From positions 1 through 33,334 of IMG/VR virus record IMGVR_UViG_3300032212_000106: a stretch of 33,334 bases of DNA, one strand, 5' to 3'. Shown piece after piece: positions 14,071 through 22,748 of this stretch; the first letter of the stretch is position 1, and every line of letters starts with the position of its first letter. Both the position numbers and the translations under genes were made by a program. The DNA is from a virus. The notes below the pieces were generated by a model. That model saw only the letters and a program-made list of their open reading frames with translations. It was not told where the DNA came from and made no database searches.

Positions 14071-14801
14071 TGAGCGAAGAATCATTGTTAGCTGTTGCAG
14101 GAGCGTCAACACCTAGCGAAGAGTCAACGACAGAAACGACAGAAGCACCAGTATGGGCATACGCCGAAGGCATCAACGGTGAAGGTGAGAAGCCGGAGTG
14201 GTTTAAGGATAATAAGTATAAGTCTATCTCAGCACAAGCCGAAGCATACGCGGGACTTGAGTCTAAGTTGGGCGGCTTTACTGGCGCACCAGATGAATAT
14301 GAAAGCTCTATGCCTGATGGTATCGAGGGCGAAATTAACACAGATGACCCAATGCTCGAAAAGTTCACAGGATGGGCGAAAGAAAACAACCTTAACCAAG
14401 AAGCCTTCACAGCTTTACAGCATATGTTTATTGAGAACGAGTTTAATAATCAAGGTGTGAGTCGAGAAGCAGAGCTGAACGCTTTAGGTGATAACGCACA
14501 AAGTCGGCTACAGAATATTAGCGACTTTGCAAAAGCTAATCTTTCAGAAGATGAATATGACGGTATATTAGCAGCCACCACCACAGCGGCGGGCGTAAAG
14601 GCGATTGAAGCTTTGATCGCTAAAACTCGAACCACCATACCAACGTCGCCAGCAGAGGTTGATACTGGATTAAGTCACTCAGATATAAAAGCAAGAATGA
14701 GCGACCCGCGCTACCAGAGCGACCCTGCATTTAGAGCGGAAACCTCTAAAATGTATGAGCGTAAATTCGGAAAAGAGCCGCAGCGACAGACTATAGGTTA
14801 A
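14070..14801 (+). CDS. putative scaffolding protein
   Basis: Acidic, Ala/Glu-rich, 243 aa, positioned between the portal and the major capsid gene. Confidence 0.6.
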   Translation: MSEESLLAVAGASTPSEESTTETTEAPVWAYAEGINGEGEKPEWFKDNKYKSISAQAEAYAGLESKLGGFTGAPDEYESSMPDGIEGEINTDDPMLEKFTGWAKENNLNQEAFTALQHMFIENEFNNQGVSREAELNALGDNAQSRLQNISDFAKANLSEDEYDGILAATTTAAGVKAIEALIAKTRTTIPTSPAEVDTGLSHSDIKARMSDPRYQSDPAFRAETSKMYERKFGKEPQRQTIG

Positions 14802-14815
14802 CTATTGGGCGGTTG

Positions 14816-14844
14816 TTGACTATTTCCAGCAACCGCTCTACAAT
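14816..14844 (+). promoter_or_regulatory. near-consensus sigma70 promoter TTGACT-17-TACAAT upstream of the capsid gene
   Basis: TTGACT at 14816-14821, a 17-nt spacer, TACAAT at 14839-14844. Confidence 0.6.
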
Positions 14845-14955
14845 AAAAGCACAGATACCCTTCTTGGCCTGTATTAAAAATACATCCTAGGCCCCAGCAT
14901 TGCTGAGATACCCTAAAAAACATTAATTAATTTTATCTTTTTAGGAGATACAGCA

Positions 14956-15813
14956 ATGAGCAAAAACTTATCCGCTGCCGCTTCAACAGAATTTGATGAC
15001 ATGGTAAAACATGCTTATCAAACTATGGGTTCTACCAATGGTGGAATCGTGAACGCAGTAACACAACGAAACAACGTAGTAGGTGATACCTACAAATTCC
15101 GCGCTATGGGCAAAGGTCTAGCGAATCAGAAGCCATCACAGGCTGACGTAACACCGATGGACATTTCTCACAGCTTAATCACTGCCACTCTAGGTAATTG
15201 GAACGCTCCAGAATACACAGACATCTTTGACGCGGCAGAAGTTAACTTCGACGAAAAACAAGAACTAGCAAACACTATTGCTGGCGCTTTACATCGTCGC
15301 CAAGAGCAAATCATCATTGATGCTATGGATGCAGCTACACCAGGTGCAACAGTAGCAACCTCTGTAGGTGGTGCTGATACTAATATGAACATCGAAAAGG
15401 TTGTTGAGGCTTCAAAAGAGCTAAATGATGCTGGTGTTCCTATTGATCAAGATCGCCATATTGCCGTTTCTGCCGATGGCCTTCGTGCTATGTTGCTTGA
15501 AACTCAAGTGGGTTCAGCCGATTACAATAGTGTTCAGTCTTTAATGACTGGTACATTAGATTATTGGATGGGCTTCCATTGGCATATTGTTGAATCACGC
15601 GATGAAGGCGGCTTAACGGTTGCCGCTGGTGATGTTCGCCAAGGTTACGCATGGCATAAGTCTGCGGTAGGTTTAGCGACTGGCTTGGATATTCGCACAG
15701 ATGTTAACTGGGTCGCACAAAAGACTTCATGGTTATGCAACGGCATGATGAAGTGTGGCGCAGCTATCCGTGATACTGCGGGTTTAATTCAAATTAACGC
15801 AGACGAAACATAA
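14956..15813 (+). CDS. major capsid protein
   Basis: A 285-aa protein with a strong AGGAGA SD, sited after the scaffold gene. Its composition and length are typical of HK97-fold podovirus capsid proteins. Confidence 0.85.
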   Translation: MSKNLSAAASTEFDDMVKHAYQTMGSTNGGIVNAVTQRNNVVGDTYKFRAMGKGLANQKPSQADVTPMDISHSLITATLGNWNAPEYTDIFDAAEVNFDEKQELANTIAGALHRRQEQIIIDAMDAATPGATVATSVGGADTNMNIEKVVEASKELNDAGVPIDQDRHIAVSADGLRAMLLETQVGSADYNSVQSLMTGTLDYWMGFHWHIVESRDEGGLTVAAGDVRQGYAWHKSAVGLATGLDIRTDVNWVAQKTSWLCNGMMKCGAAIRDTAGLIQINADET

Positions 15814-15825
15814 GGAGGCTATAAA

Positions 15826-16095
15826 ATGGCTTATTCACACCCAAGTTTGTTCCGTGTTGGCGGTTCTGATTCACAAGGGCCGACAATTTGGACTTACACA
15901 TCGGCGGATGCTATTGCAACCGTTAATACATCAGGCTACTTCAATGATGCTTCTGACGATTTAACTGTTCGAGATATTATTTTTGTGGTCGATTCAGCCA
16001 CACCTACGACAAGCATTGTTAGTGTTTTAACAAATGCGTCTGGTGTAGTTGATGTGTCTGACGGTTTAGCAATCACTGAAACCGATACAGACTAA
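15826..16095 (+). CDS. hypothetical virion protein (possible head decoration)
   Basis: An 89-aa ORF with an AAGGAGG SD, directly after the capsid gene and before a terminator. Confidence 0.6.
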   Translation: MAYSHPSLFRVGGSDSQGPTIWTYTSADAIATVNTSGYFNDASDDLTVRDIIFVVDSATPTTSIVSVLTNASGVVDVSDGLAITETDTD

Positions 16096-16103
16096 AACTG
16101 ACT

Positions 16104-16131
16104 GAGGGGGATTATCCCCCCTCTTTCTTTT
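16104..16131 (+). terminator. rho-independent terminator after the capsid genes
   Basis: GAGGGGG (16104-16110), a short loop, CCCCCTC (16117-16123), then TTTCTTTT. Confidence 0.75.
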
Positions 16132-16145
16132 AAGAGGAAATATTT

Positions 16146-16484
16146 ATGTCTTCAAATAACTTTGCCTCATTGTTTGCAGCGCAGACAACAGATGCGGACT
16201 CAACATTAACAATTACCATACCGGAAAAACCAGGTGGAGCAGCTTTACCAAAAGCAGCATTAACTTTATATGCAAGCGGTGGTTTTGGTGGCGGCACTTG
16301 TACAATTAAAGTCTCGCACGATAACTCTACTTTTCACACTGTTGGTTCTGGTCTGACGGCGGCAGGAATTGAAACGGTTGAAGTTGTAGCCAAATATATT
16401 AAATTAAATCTAACAGGCGCAACAGCAGCAACGCTCACAGCCTCCTTAATGGTAGGAGACATCAAAGGCGCTACGGCAGCATAA
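16146..16484 (+). CDS. hypothetical virion protein (112 aa)
   Basis: Ala/Thr/Gly-rich ORF with an AGAGGAAA SD. Confidence 0.65.
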   Translation: MSSNNFASLFAAQTTDADSTLTITIPEKPGGAALPKAALTLYASGGFGGGTCTIKVSHDNSTFHTVGSGLTAAGIETVEVVAKYIKLNLTGATAATLTASLMVGDIKGATAA

Positions 16485-17032
16485 TGGCTACCGATATTTC
16501 AATGTCTAGTAATGCTTTACTGCTTATTGGACACGGCACAATAAATTCCTTTACAGATGCGGGAGCAGGTGCAAGAGCAGCTTCTAATCTCTATGGTACT
16601 GTTTACGAGGACGCTATTACCTCTTACCCTTGGCGATTTGCTATTGGGAAAGTATCATTATCTAAACTGGTAGCGGATCCATTAAACGAATGGGCTAACG
16701 CATTTCAGTTACCCGCAAACCTATTATTAACCTATAGAACATATCCACGCAGCGCGTTTGAAATTTACGAGGATAAGCTTTATACCGACCAAGATACAGT
16801 TGAGATTGATTACTGGTTTAAACCAGAAGAAACCAACTTACCCCCTTATTTTGTAAAACTCATGCAATACCTGTTAGCGGCTGAATTTGCTATATCTGTA
16901 ACAGATAACAGGACTCTAGCAGATGTCTACGCAGCAGCAGCACAAAGACAAGCTATGGTTGCACAAAACCGAGACTCACAAGGCCGCACTAATAACGCAA
17001 TTGAATCAGCCCCATTTATAGAGGTTCGATAA
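16484..17032 (+). CDS. tail tubular protein A / adaptor (T7 gp11-like)
   Basis: SSNALLLIGHGTINSF....YPWRFAIGKVSL...FQLPANLL fits the gp11-family pattern, and the gene sits directly before the gp12-like gene. Confidence 0.65.
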   Translation: MATDISMSSNALLLIGHGTINSFTDAGAGARAASNLYGTVYEDAITSYPWRFAIGKVSLSKLVADPLNEWANAFQLPANLLLTYRTYPRSAFEIYEDKLYTDQDTVEIDYWFKPEETNLPPYFVKLMQYLLAAEFAISVTDNRTLADVYAAAAQRQAMVAQNRDSQGRTNNAIESAPFIEVR

Positions 17033-19066
17033 GTGCCACGTATTCGACGAATCCAATCATCTTTTAATTCAGGTGTATTAGACCCTCGATTAGCCGCAAG
17101 AATAGACCTTAAAGCGTATTACTCCGGTGCTGAGAAGTTAGATAACGCCATTTGTTTGCCTCAAGGCGGTGCATCACGTAGAGATGGATTAAAATATATT
17201 GCTACTATAGCAAGCGGTGATGCTCGATTAATCCCCTTCTCTTTTAATACTGAACAAACCTATATGTTAGTAGCTACTAACACAAATATAGCGGTATATA
17301 AGAACGGTGTTTTTCTAGTAAATGTCGCTATTGCCCACACATCCGCGCAATTAGCCAATATTAACTGGACGCAATCGGCTGACACCTTAATTATCACTCA
17401 TAAAGATGTGGCCCCGATAAAAGTGGTTAGGGACTCTGTGACAGAAACAACATGGACAGTTTCTACAATATCTTTAACGAATATCCCACAACATGACTAT
17501 GATGATGCTAGCTCACCTACCCCTGTTAACGAGGTTCAGCAAGTAAATCTTGATAATGGGTGGACAGGCGGTGAAACCTTTACGCTCACGCTAAACGTAA
17601 GCACAACGACAACACTAACGAATAACGCTACACCAGCAACGACAGCAACAATAATTCAAAACGCGTTACGCGCTTTAGGTAATACGTCTGATACAGGTAT
17701 TACAGTGGCTTATTCTGGTGCAAATAATGATTATAATGTGACTTTTGCGGGTGATGATGGCGGTATTGATTGGCCTCAAATGACGGGAAATATTATTTCA
17801 GGTGGTGGGGCTATTTCAGTTTCTACGACTACAGATGGTGTTTCGTCTGCGGAGGATGTATGGAGTGCTGGGCGTGGCTGGCCTCATACTGTGACATTTT
17901 ATGAGGGGCGCATGATATTTGGTGGCTCTAAATCACGCCCACAAGGTATATGGTTGTCTGTCACGAATGATTTTTTTAACTTCGATGTAGGCACAGGCTT
18001 ACCAGATGAAGCTATTGTTGCTGTATTAGATACCGACCAAGTAAACGAGATTAGGGCCGTAGTCCCTGGTAGGCAATTAGAAATTTATACTTCTGGTGGT
18101 GAGTTTGTTGTAACTTCAACTCCTTCGATTCCAGAAACATTTAGCGTCGCAAGACAAACATCATACGGCATGGCCAATGTAAGAACCGCCTCTATTGATG
18201 GCGCAACCCTTTACGTTCAAAGAAACGGGCAAAGTTTTAGAGAGTTTTTGTATTCTTTTGGTGAGGATGCTCATGTTTCTAATTCTATGTCTCAATTATC
18301 AACACATTTAATTAATACGCCTGTAGACCTAGATGCAGCAAGAGGAACGGCCACAACCGACACTAATTATGTTTACTTGGTGAATACTTCTGGTGATGTT
18401 GTTGTGCTGAACACACTAAGAGAACAGCAGATTGCAGCATGGTCTGGTCCGTGGACTACTTTAAACGGTAGTTTTAAGCGTGTTGGGGTGCTTGACACAG
18501 AAGTTTATTTTATTATCGAAAGAACTATAAGCGGGTCAACAGTAAATTATCTTGAGATATTAGATGATGATTACTTAACAGATAGCGGAAAGCAGTACGT
18601 AAGCCATTCTAGCTCCATAGTAACCGGCCTTAGTCATTTAGAAGGTGAGACGGTAAAAGTTAAGATAAATGGCGCTATGCAGCCTGACGCGGTTGTTTCT
18701 AGTGGCTCAATCACTTTAGCTCGCACACCTTCAGCCGAGTTAGTTGAGGTCGGTTTAGGGTATAATCCAACAATAAAGACAATGCCGGTTAGCGATGACT
18801 TTCAAGATGGCCCAACATTAAACAGGGAAAAAAGGATTGTTAGGTGTACAATCAACTCGTACTTAACGCTAGGCATTCATGTGAATGGCGAAAGAATACC
18901 CGACAGACAGCTTGATATTGATACGTTTGATGATGTGCCAGACCCATCAAGTAAGACAACAGAGTTATACTTGCATGGATGGAGCCAAAAAGCACAGGTT
19001 GAGATTACACAGATTGACTCTACACCCTTGACGGTATTGGCTTTAGATTTGGAGGTGAGCGCATAA
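17033..19066 (+). CDS. tail tubular protein B / nozzle (T7 gp12-like)
   Basis: GTG start. The N-terminus SSFNSGVLDPRLAARIDLKAYYSGAEKLDNAICLPQGGASRRDGLKY matches the gp12-family opening motif. The protein is 677 aa. Confidence 0.7.
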   Translation: MPRIRRIQSSFNSGVLDPRLAARIDLKAYYSGAEKLDNAICLPQGGASRRDGLKYIATIASGDARLIPFSFNTEQTYMLVATNTNIAVYKNGVFLVNVAIAHTSAQLANINWTQSADTLIITHKDVAPIKVVRDSVTETTWTVSTISLTNIPQHDYDDASSPTPVNEVQQVNLDNGWTGGETFTLTLNVSTTTTLTNNATPATTATIIQNALRALGNTSDTGITVAYSGANNDYNVTFAGDDGGIDWPQMTGNIISGGGAISVSTTTDGVSSAEDVWSAGRGWPHTVTFYEGRMIFGGSKSRPQGIWLSVTNDFFNFDVGTGLPDEAIVAVLDTDQVNEIRAVVPGRQLEIYTSGGEFVVTSTPSIPETFSVARQTSYGMANVRTASIDGATLYVQRNGQSFREFLYSFGEDAHVSNSMSQLSTHLINTPVDLDAARGTATTDTNYVYLVNTSGDVVVLNTLREQQIAAWSGPWTTLNGSFKRVGVLDTEVYFIIERTISGSTVNYLEILDDDYLTDSGKQYVSHSSSIVTGLSHLEGETVKVKINGAMQPDAVVSSGSITLARTPSAELVEVGLGYNPTIKTMPVSDDFQDGPTLNREKRIVRCTINSYLTLGIHVNGERIPDRQLDIDTFDDVPDPSSKTTELYLHGWSQKAQVEITQIDSTPLTVLALDLEVSA

Positions 19067-19518
19067 TGGGCTCTAAAAATGTACGTCTTGTAGGTCATGC
19101 GGTAGCAGCTTATTACACCGGCGGTGCTTCGTTGGTTGCTTCAGCGGCCGTTGAGTCAAACATTCAGGCGGGAGAGGCTAAAGCTGCGGAACTAAAAACT
19201 CAAGCAAAAGCCGAAGAGTTTAACGCAAAGAATAGAGAAATAGACCGCAAACGAAACTTAATAAGGGTTTTGTCATTACAGAATGTGCGTAGCGCGGCTT
19301 CTGGTGTGCGTGGTGGCGTAGGTTCAAGTCAGGATGCTCTTATGCGTGAAGATATAAGCCGTTACGAACTAGATACCACAACAGACTTAGCCACAACAAC
19401 ACAGCGCATCTCTCAGTTAAGAGATAATGCGCGAACAGCGAAGACATCAAGCCTTATTTCCGCCGCTTCTGAGGGTTACAGCGCATACTCAAGAGCCACA
19501 AAACGGGGTAAATTATGA
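19066..19518 (+). CDS. putative internal virion protein (150 aa)
   Basis: Called from its position after the nozzle gene and its Ala/Ser-rich helical composition. Confidence 0.5.
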   Translation: MGSKNVRLVGHAVAAYYTGGASLVASAAVESNIQAGEAKAAELKTQAKAEEFNAKNREIDRKRNLIRVLSLQNVRSAASGVRGGVGSSQDALMREDISRYELDTTTDLATTTQRISQLRDNARTAKTSSLISAASEGYSAYSRATKRGKL

Positions 19519-21077
19519 GATACCAGCCCCAGCTAGTAAATCAGCAACCTATTGCAAGCACAAAACCGCAATTGTTTCAGTCTTTAGCTCAACGGTTTAG
19601 CGCGTTTGCAAGTAAAGCTCAGGATGATTTAGACCGTGATATGCAAAAGAAGGCTAAAGAGCAAGGTTTAATTGATGCTCAAGGTAAGACCGCTATTACT
19701 TTGCGTGATGGTAGTACGATTGCGGATGAAGCGTGGAACCAAGGCGCTATTTCTTCTCATTTAGCTGCGATTAAATTAGATGTTACTGATAACCTATCTC
19801 GTATCGCGGCAGAAAATGCGCGAAACCCTGAGGGGTACACGGTAAATGCAAAAGCATACAGCAAAGGCTTGTTAGAGGGTGTACCTGAAAATATCCGCCC
19901 TGCCGTACAAGATGAGCTTTCCTCTATTATCTTAAAATCAAACCGAAAAATTGAATCTGATTTAGTGTCGTTTGAAAGAGATCAACACGCCGCCAGTACT
20001 TCCACAGCTATAGATTTATATAGAACAGAAGGGGAAAATCAGGCTTTGTTAGGTGATGTGGTAGGCGCAACAGATGCGCAAATTAAAGCAATCCAACTAA
20101 CTGACTCACTAGAAATTGCTGGGCTATTAACCCCAAAAGCCGCAGAAGCACAAAGAAAAGCTATTACCCAAGACATTGAGGATCAAGTTATTTATGGCGC
20201 ATTTAGTCGAGAAATGGAAAAAGGGAAAGGTTTAAAATATATAAACAACTTCAAAAAAATTAAACGTCTAGGTGGTCGAGATCCAGATTATCGAAAAAAG
20301 ATGGCTGATAAAATGGTTGGTTTAATGAAAGCGGAGCACGCCACAGATGACGCTATTCGCAGACAAGAAGACGCTGACCGGAAAGCGAGATGGAGAGAAG
20401 GCGCAAAACAAATTGCCACTTTAGACCTTAATGGTGATTTAATTATTGAGCACTTACAGGATATGGTGAAGAACGATCAATTAGATCCAAAAGTAGCTAA
20501 CGCTTATAAGAAAAACGCATTCTTGGAAGGATTAGAATTTTCAGAGCAAGTCGCTATTAATGAGATTAAAGCTGATATATTGGCTGTGTCTGAGCTAGAA
20601 ATACAAACAGACACACGACTAAGCCGTATTGATAAAGGCAAACTAATACAAGAAAGACGCAGCCTAGAAGAAGATAAAGGGAACTGGCGGTCCACTCAAA
20701 ACGGACGGGAAGGCGCAAGACGCATTAATCAGGCGTTTGGTATTATTAAAGGCGTAGACTCAAGAATTACAGCAGAAAAGGCGCGTAGAGCCGGAATGGT
20801 ATTAACTCGATACTTTAACGAGATTGAAGCCTTGCCTTTAGAAGAAAGAGAATATAAGACCGTTGAGATTGCCGACAAACTGGTGAAAGAGGTTAATAGT
20901 GAAATATCTATCGCTGATTTAGAAAAAGCCAGAGACAGACTAAACAAAGCACAATATCAAACAGAAGAACAGATAAAAGCGGCAGAACTTGGTAGCGAGG
21001 AAGAAAAAACCCAAATCATTCAACTTAACCGCAAATTAAAACGCATTGAGAGACTGGAGCGAGAAATTGGACAATAG
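19515..21077 (+). CDS. putative internal virion protein (520 aa)
   Basis: A large helical, charged ORF within the internal-protein block. Confidence 0.55.
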   Translation: MRYQPQLVNQQPIASTKPQLFQSLAQRFSAFASKAQDDLDRDMQKKAKEQGLIDAQGKTAITLRDGSTIADEAWNQGAISSHLAAIKLDVTDNLSRIAAENARNPEGYTVNAKAYSKGLLEGVPENIRPAVQDELSSIILKSNRKIESDLVSFERDQHAASTSTAIDLYRTEGENQALLGDVVGATDAQIKAIQLTDSLEIAGLLTPKAAEAQRKAITQDIEDQVIYGAFSREMEKGKGLKYINNFKKIKRLGGRDPDYRKKMADKMVGLMKAEHATDDAIRRQEDADRKARWREGAKQIATLDLNGDLIIEHLQDMVKNDQLDPKVANAYKKNAFLEGLEFSEQVAINEIKADILAVSELEIQTDTRLSRIDKGKLIQERRSLEEDKGNWRSTQNGREGARRINQAFGIIKGVDSRITAEKARRAGMVLTRYFNEIEALPLEEREYKTVEIADKLVKEVNSEISIADLEKARDRLNKAQYQTEEQIKAAELGSEEEKTQIIQLNRKLKRIERLEREIGQ

Positions 21078-22500
21078 CCTAGAAGCTTTTAGCTCAAACC
21101 CTCGTTATTCTCCTGACGGTTTAGAGGTTGAGATTGAAAAAGAGGAATTAAGCCTTGCTCGTAAAACGGATAGTGAGCAAGCTGCTATTGCTGACTTACA
21201 ACAAGATGCACCGAAGATCGAAACTCAAGAGGGTTTTGATATGATGGGTATGCACGAAAAGATATTGGGTGTTGTGGATAATGCCACACGTGTTCCCCGT
21301 GATATTGTTGGCGGAATCACTAAAGCAATAGATAACACAATGTCTCTCGCTATTGGTCGTGAGAATGTGGATACTGCTAATCAATGGTTACGTGATGAAA
21401 TGCCCGACCTAGTAAAAATTGCAGACACTTTCGAACAAGGTATAGCTCCAGTTGGTACAGTTTCAGAGGTAACGCAAGAATTATCACAATTTGCCGTACC
21501 TTTTGGCGCATATATGAAAGGTTTAAAAGCCTTATCGGTTGCTGGCGGTATTACGGCTGGTCCATTCACAACGGGGTTTATATCAGATGTAATTACTTCT
21601 GGTACAGCTTTAGATCCTCATATTGATAGGTTTGCAACCTTAGCTAAAGAAATGGGCGTAGAAAATAAAATTGTAGGCTGGTTAGCTGATAACGAAAATG
21701 AGACTGATTCAGAAGGTCGGCTAAAGAATATTTTAGAAAACGCCGGCATAGGTTTAGGCGTAGCGGCTGCGATTGCTTCTGTGGCTATGCCGCTTAAAGG
21801 TATGTGGCGATTAAGTAAAGAAATACCAAAGATGCCGTGTGGCCCGTCGATGGGTTCACCACAAGCGCAGCGCGGTTCTATTTCTTTAAAGGATGAGATA
21901 CCTTCACAATTTACAATGGGTAACGACGAATATTATTCAACTGCTAACGGTATGAAATTTAAAAACAATACCCCGATAACAGATGATGAACTAAAGGCGG
22001 CATACAAAGAGTCGCTAACCCCTAAAAAGGCAGCGGAAGCGGCAACCGACTATAGAATAGAGCATACAGCCCCAATAAAAGAAGGTAAAAACACGCTTGA
22101 TGATGTTACAGACATGATGCCTGATGATTTTTATGACCCTTCTGTATCTTGGAATTATTACGGACATGGTGGCGACGCTGCCGCAATGGATAAAAAAACC
22201 GCGAGAATTGTGGCTAAATTTAAAAGAAGGCCCAACGCAGAAATAACTATATACAGGGCCGCACCAAAGAAAGCCAAAGGGATAAATGATGGCGACTGGG
22301 TTACAGTAAATAAGGATTATGCTCAGGAGCATGGAAGTCGACATTTAGAGGGCGATTTTAAAATAATATCTAAAAAAGTAAAGGCTAGAGATATAGCAAC
22401 GGATGGTAACTCTATACACGAGTGGGGATATTCTCCACAAAAAAATAAAGATTTAGACGACAAAGCAGACAAAATCATAGATGAGTTAAAATCCCTATGA
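21046..22500 (+). CDS. putative internal (ejected) virion protein with a hydrophobic segment and a distinct C-terminal domain
   Basis: TTG start at 21046, or more likely TTG 21067, which lies 7 nt after GGAG. There is a hydrophobic stretch AGIGLGVAAAIASVAMPL. A globular C-terminal region spans residues ~335-465. Confidence 0.55.
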   Translation: MRDWSEKLDNSLEAFSSNPRYSPDGLEVEIEKEELSLARKTDSEQAAIADLQQDAPKIETQEGFDMMGMHEKILGVVDNATRVPRDIVGGITKAIDNTMSLAIGRENVDTANQWLRDEMPDLVKIADTFEQGIAPVGTVSEVTQELSQFAVPFGAYMKGLKALSVAGGITAGPFTTGFISDVITSGTALDPHIDRFATLAKEMGVENKIVGWLADNENETDSEGRLKNILENAGIGLGVAAAIASVAMPLKGMWRLSKEIPKMPCGPSMGSPQAQRGSISLKDEIPSQFTMGNDEYYSTANGMKFKNNTPITDDELKAAYKESLTPKKAAEAATDYRIEHTAPIKEGKNTLDDVTDMMPDDFYDPSVSWNYYGHGGDAAAMDKKTARIVAKFKRRPNAEITIYRAAPKKAKGINDGDWVTVNKDYAQEHGSRHLEGDFKIISKKVKARDIATDGNSIHEWGYSPQKNKDLDDKADKIIDELKSL

Positions 22501-22748
22501 GCATAGAGAAAAAACTTGCTGTTATTGAGGCTTTAGTTGAAGCTAAGAAAAAGCCCGTTAAGGATAATTCTGCCGAAGTAAAAGCCATGGCAGAACAAGC
22601 TATTGCCTCAATGCGCGGTACAGTGAGCAACAATCAAGCTATAATGGGCGAAATTGTTAACCGTCTATCAAATAGACCTGTAGAGTTTTTAATTCAAAGG
22701 GACGGTAAGGGTGATATGGTCAAGATAATTCCGGTATATGACAAATGA
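22497..22748 (+). CDS. hypothetical protein (83 aa)
   Basis: ORF coupled at both ends by ATGA overlaps. Confidence 0.6.
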   Translation: MSIEKKLAVIEALVEAKKKPVKDNSAEVKAMAEQAIASMRGTVSNNQAIMGEIVNRLSNRPVEFLIQRDGKGDMVKIIPVYDK

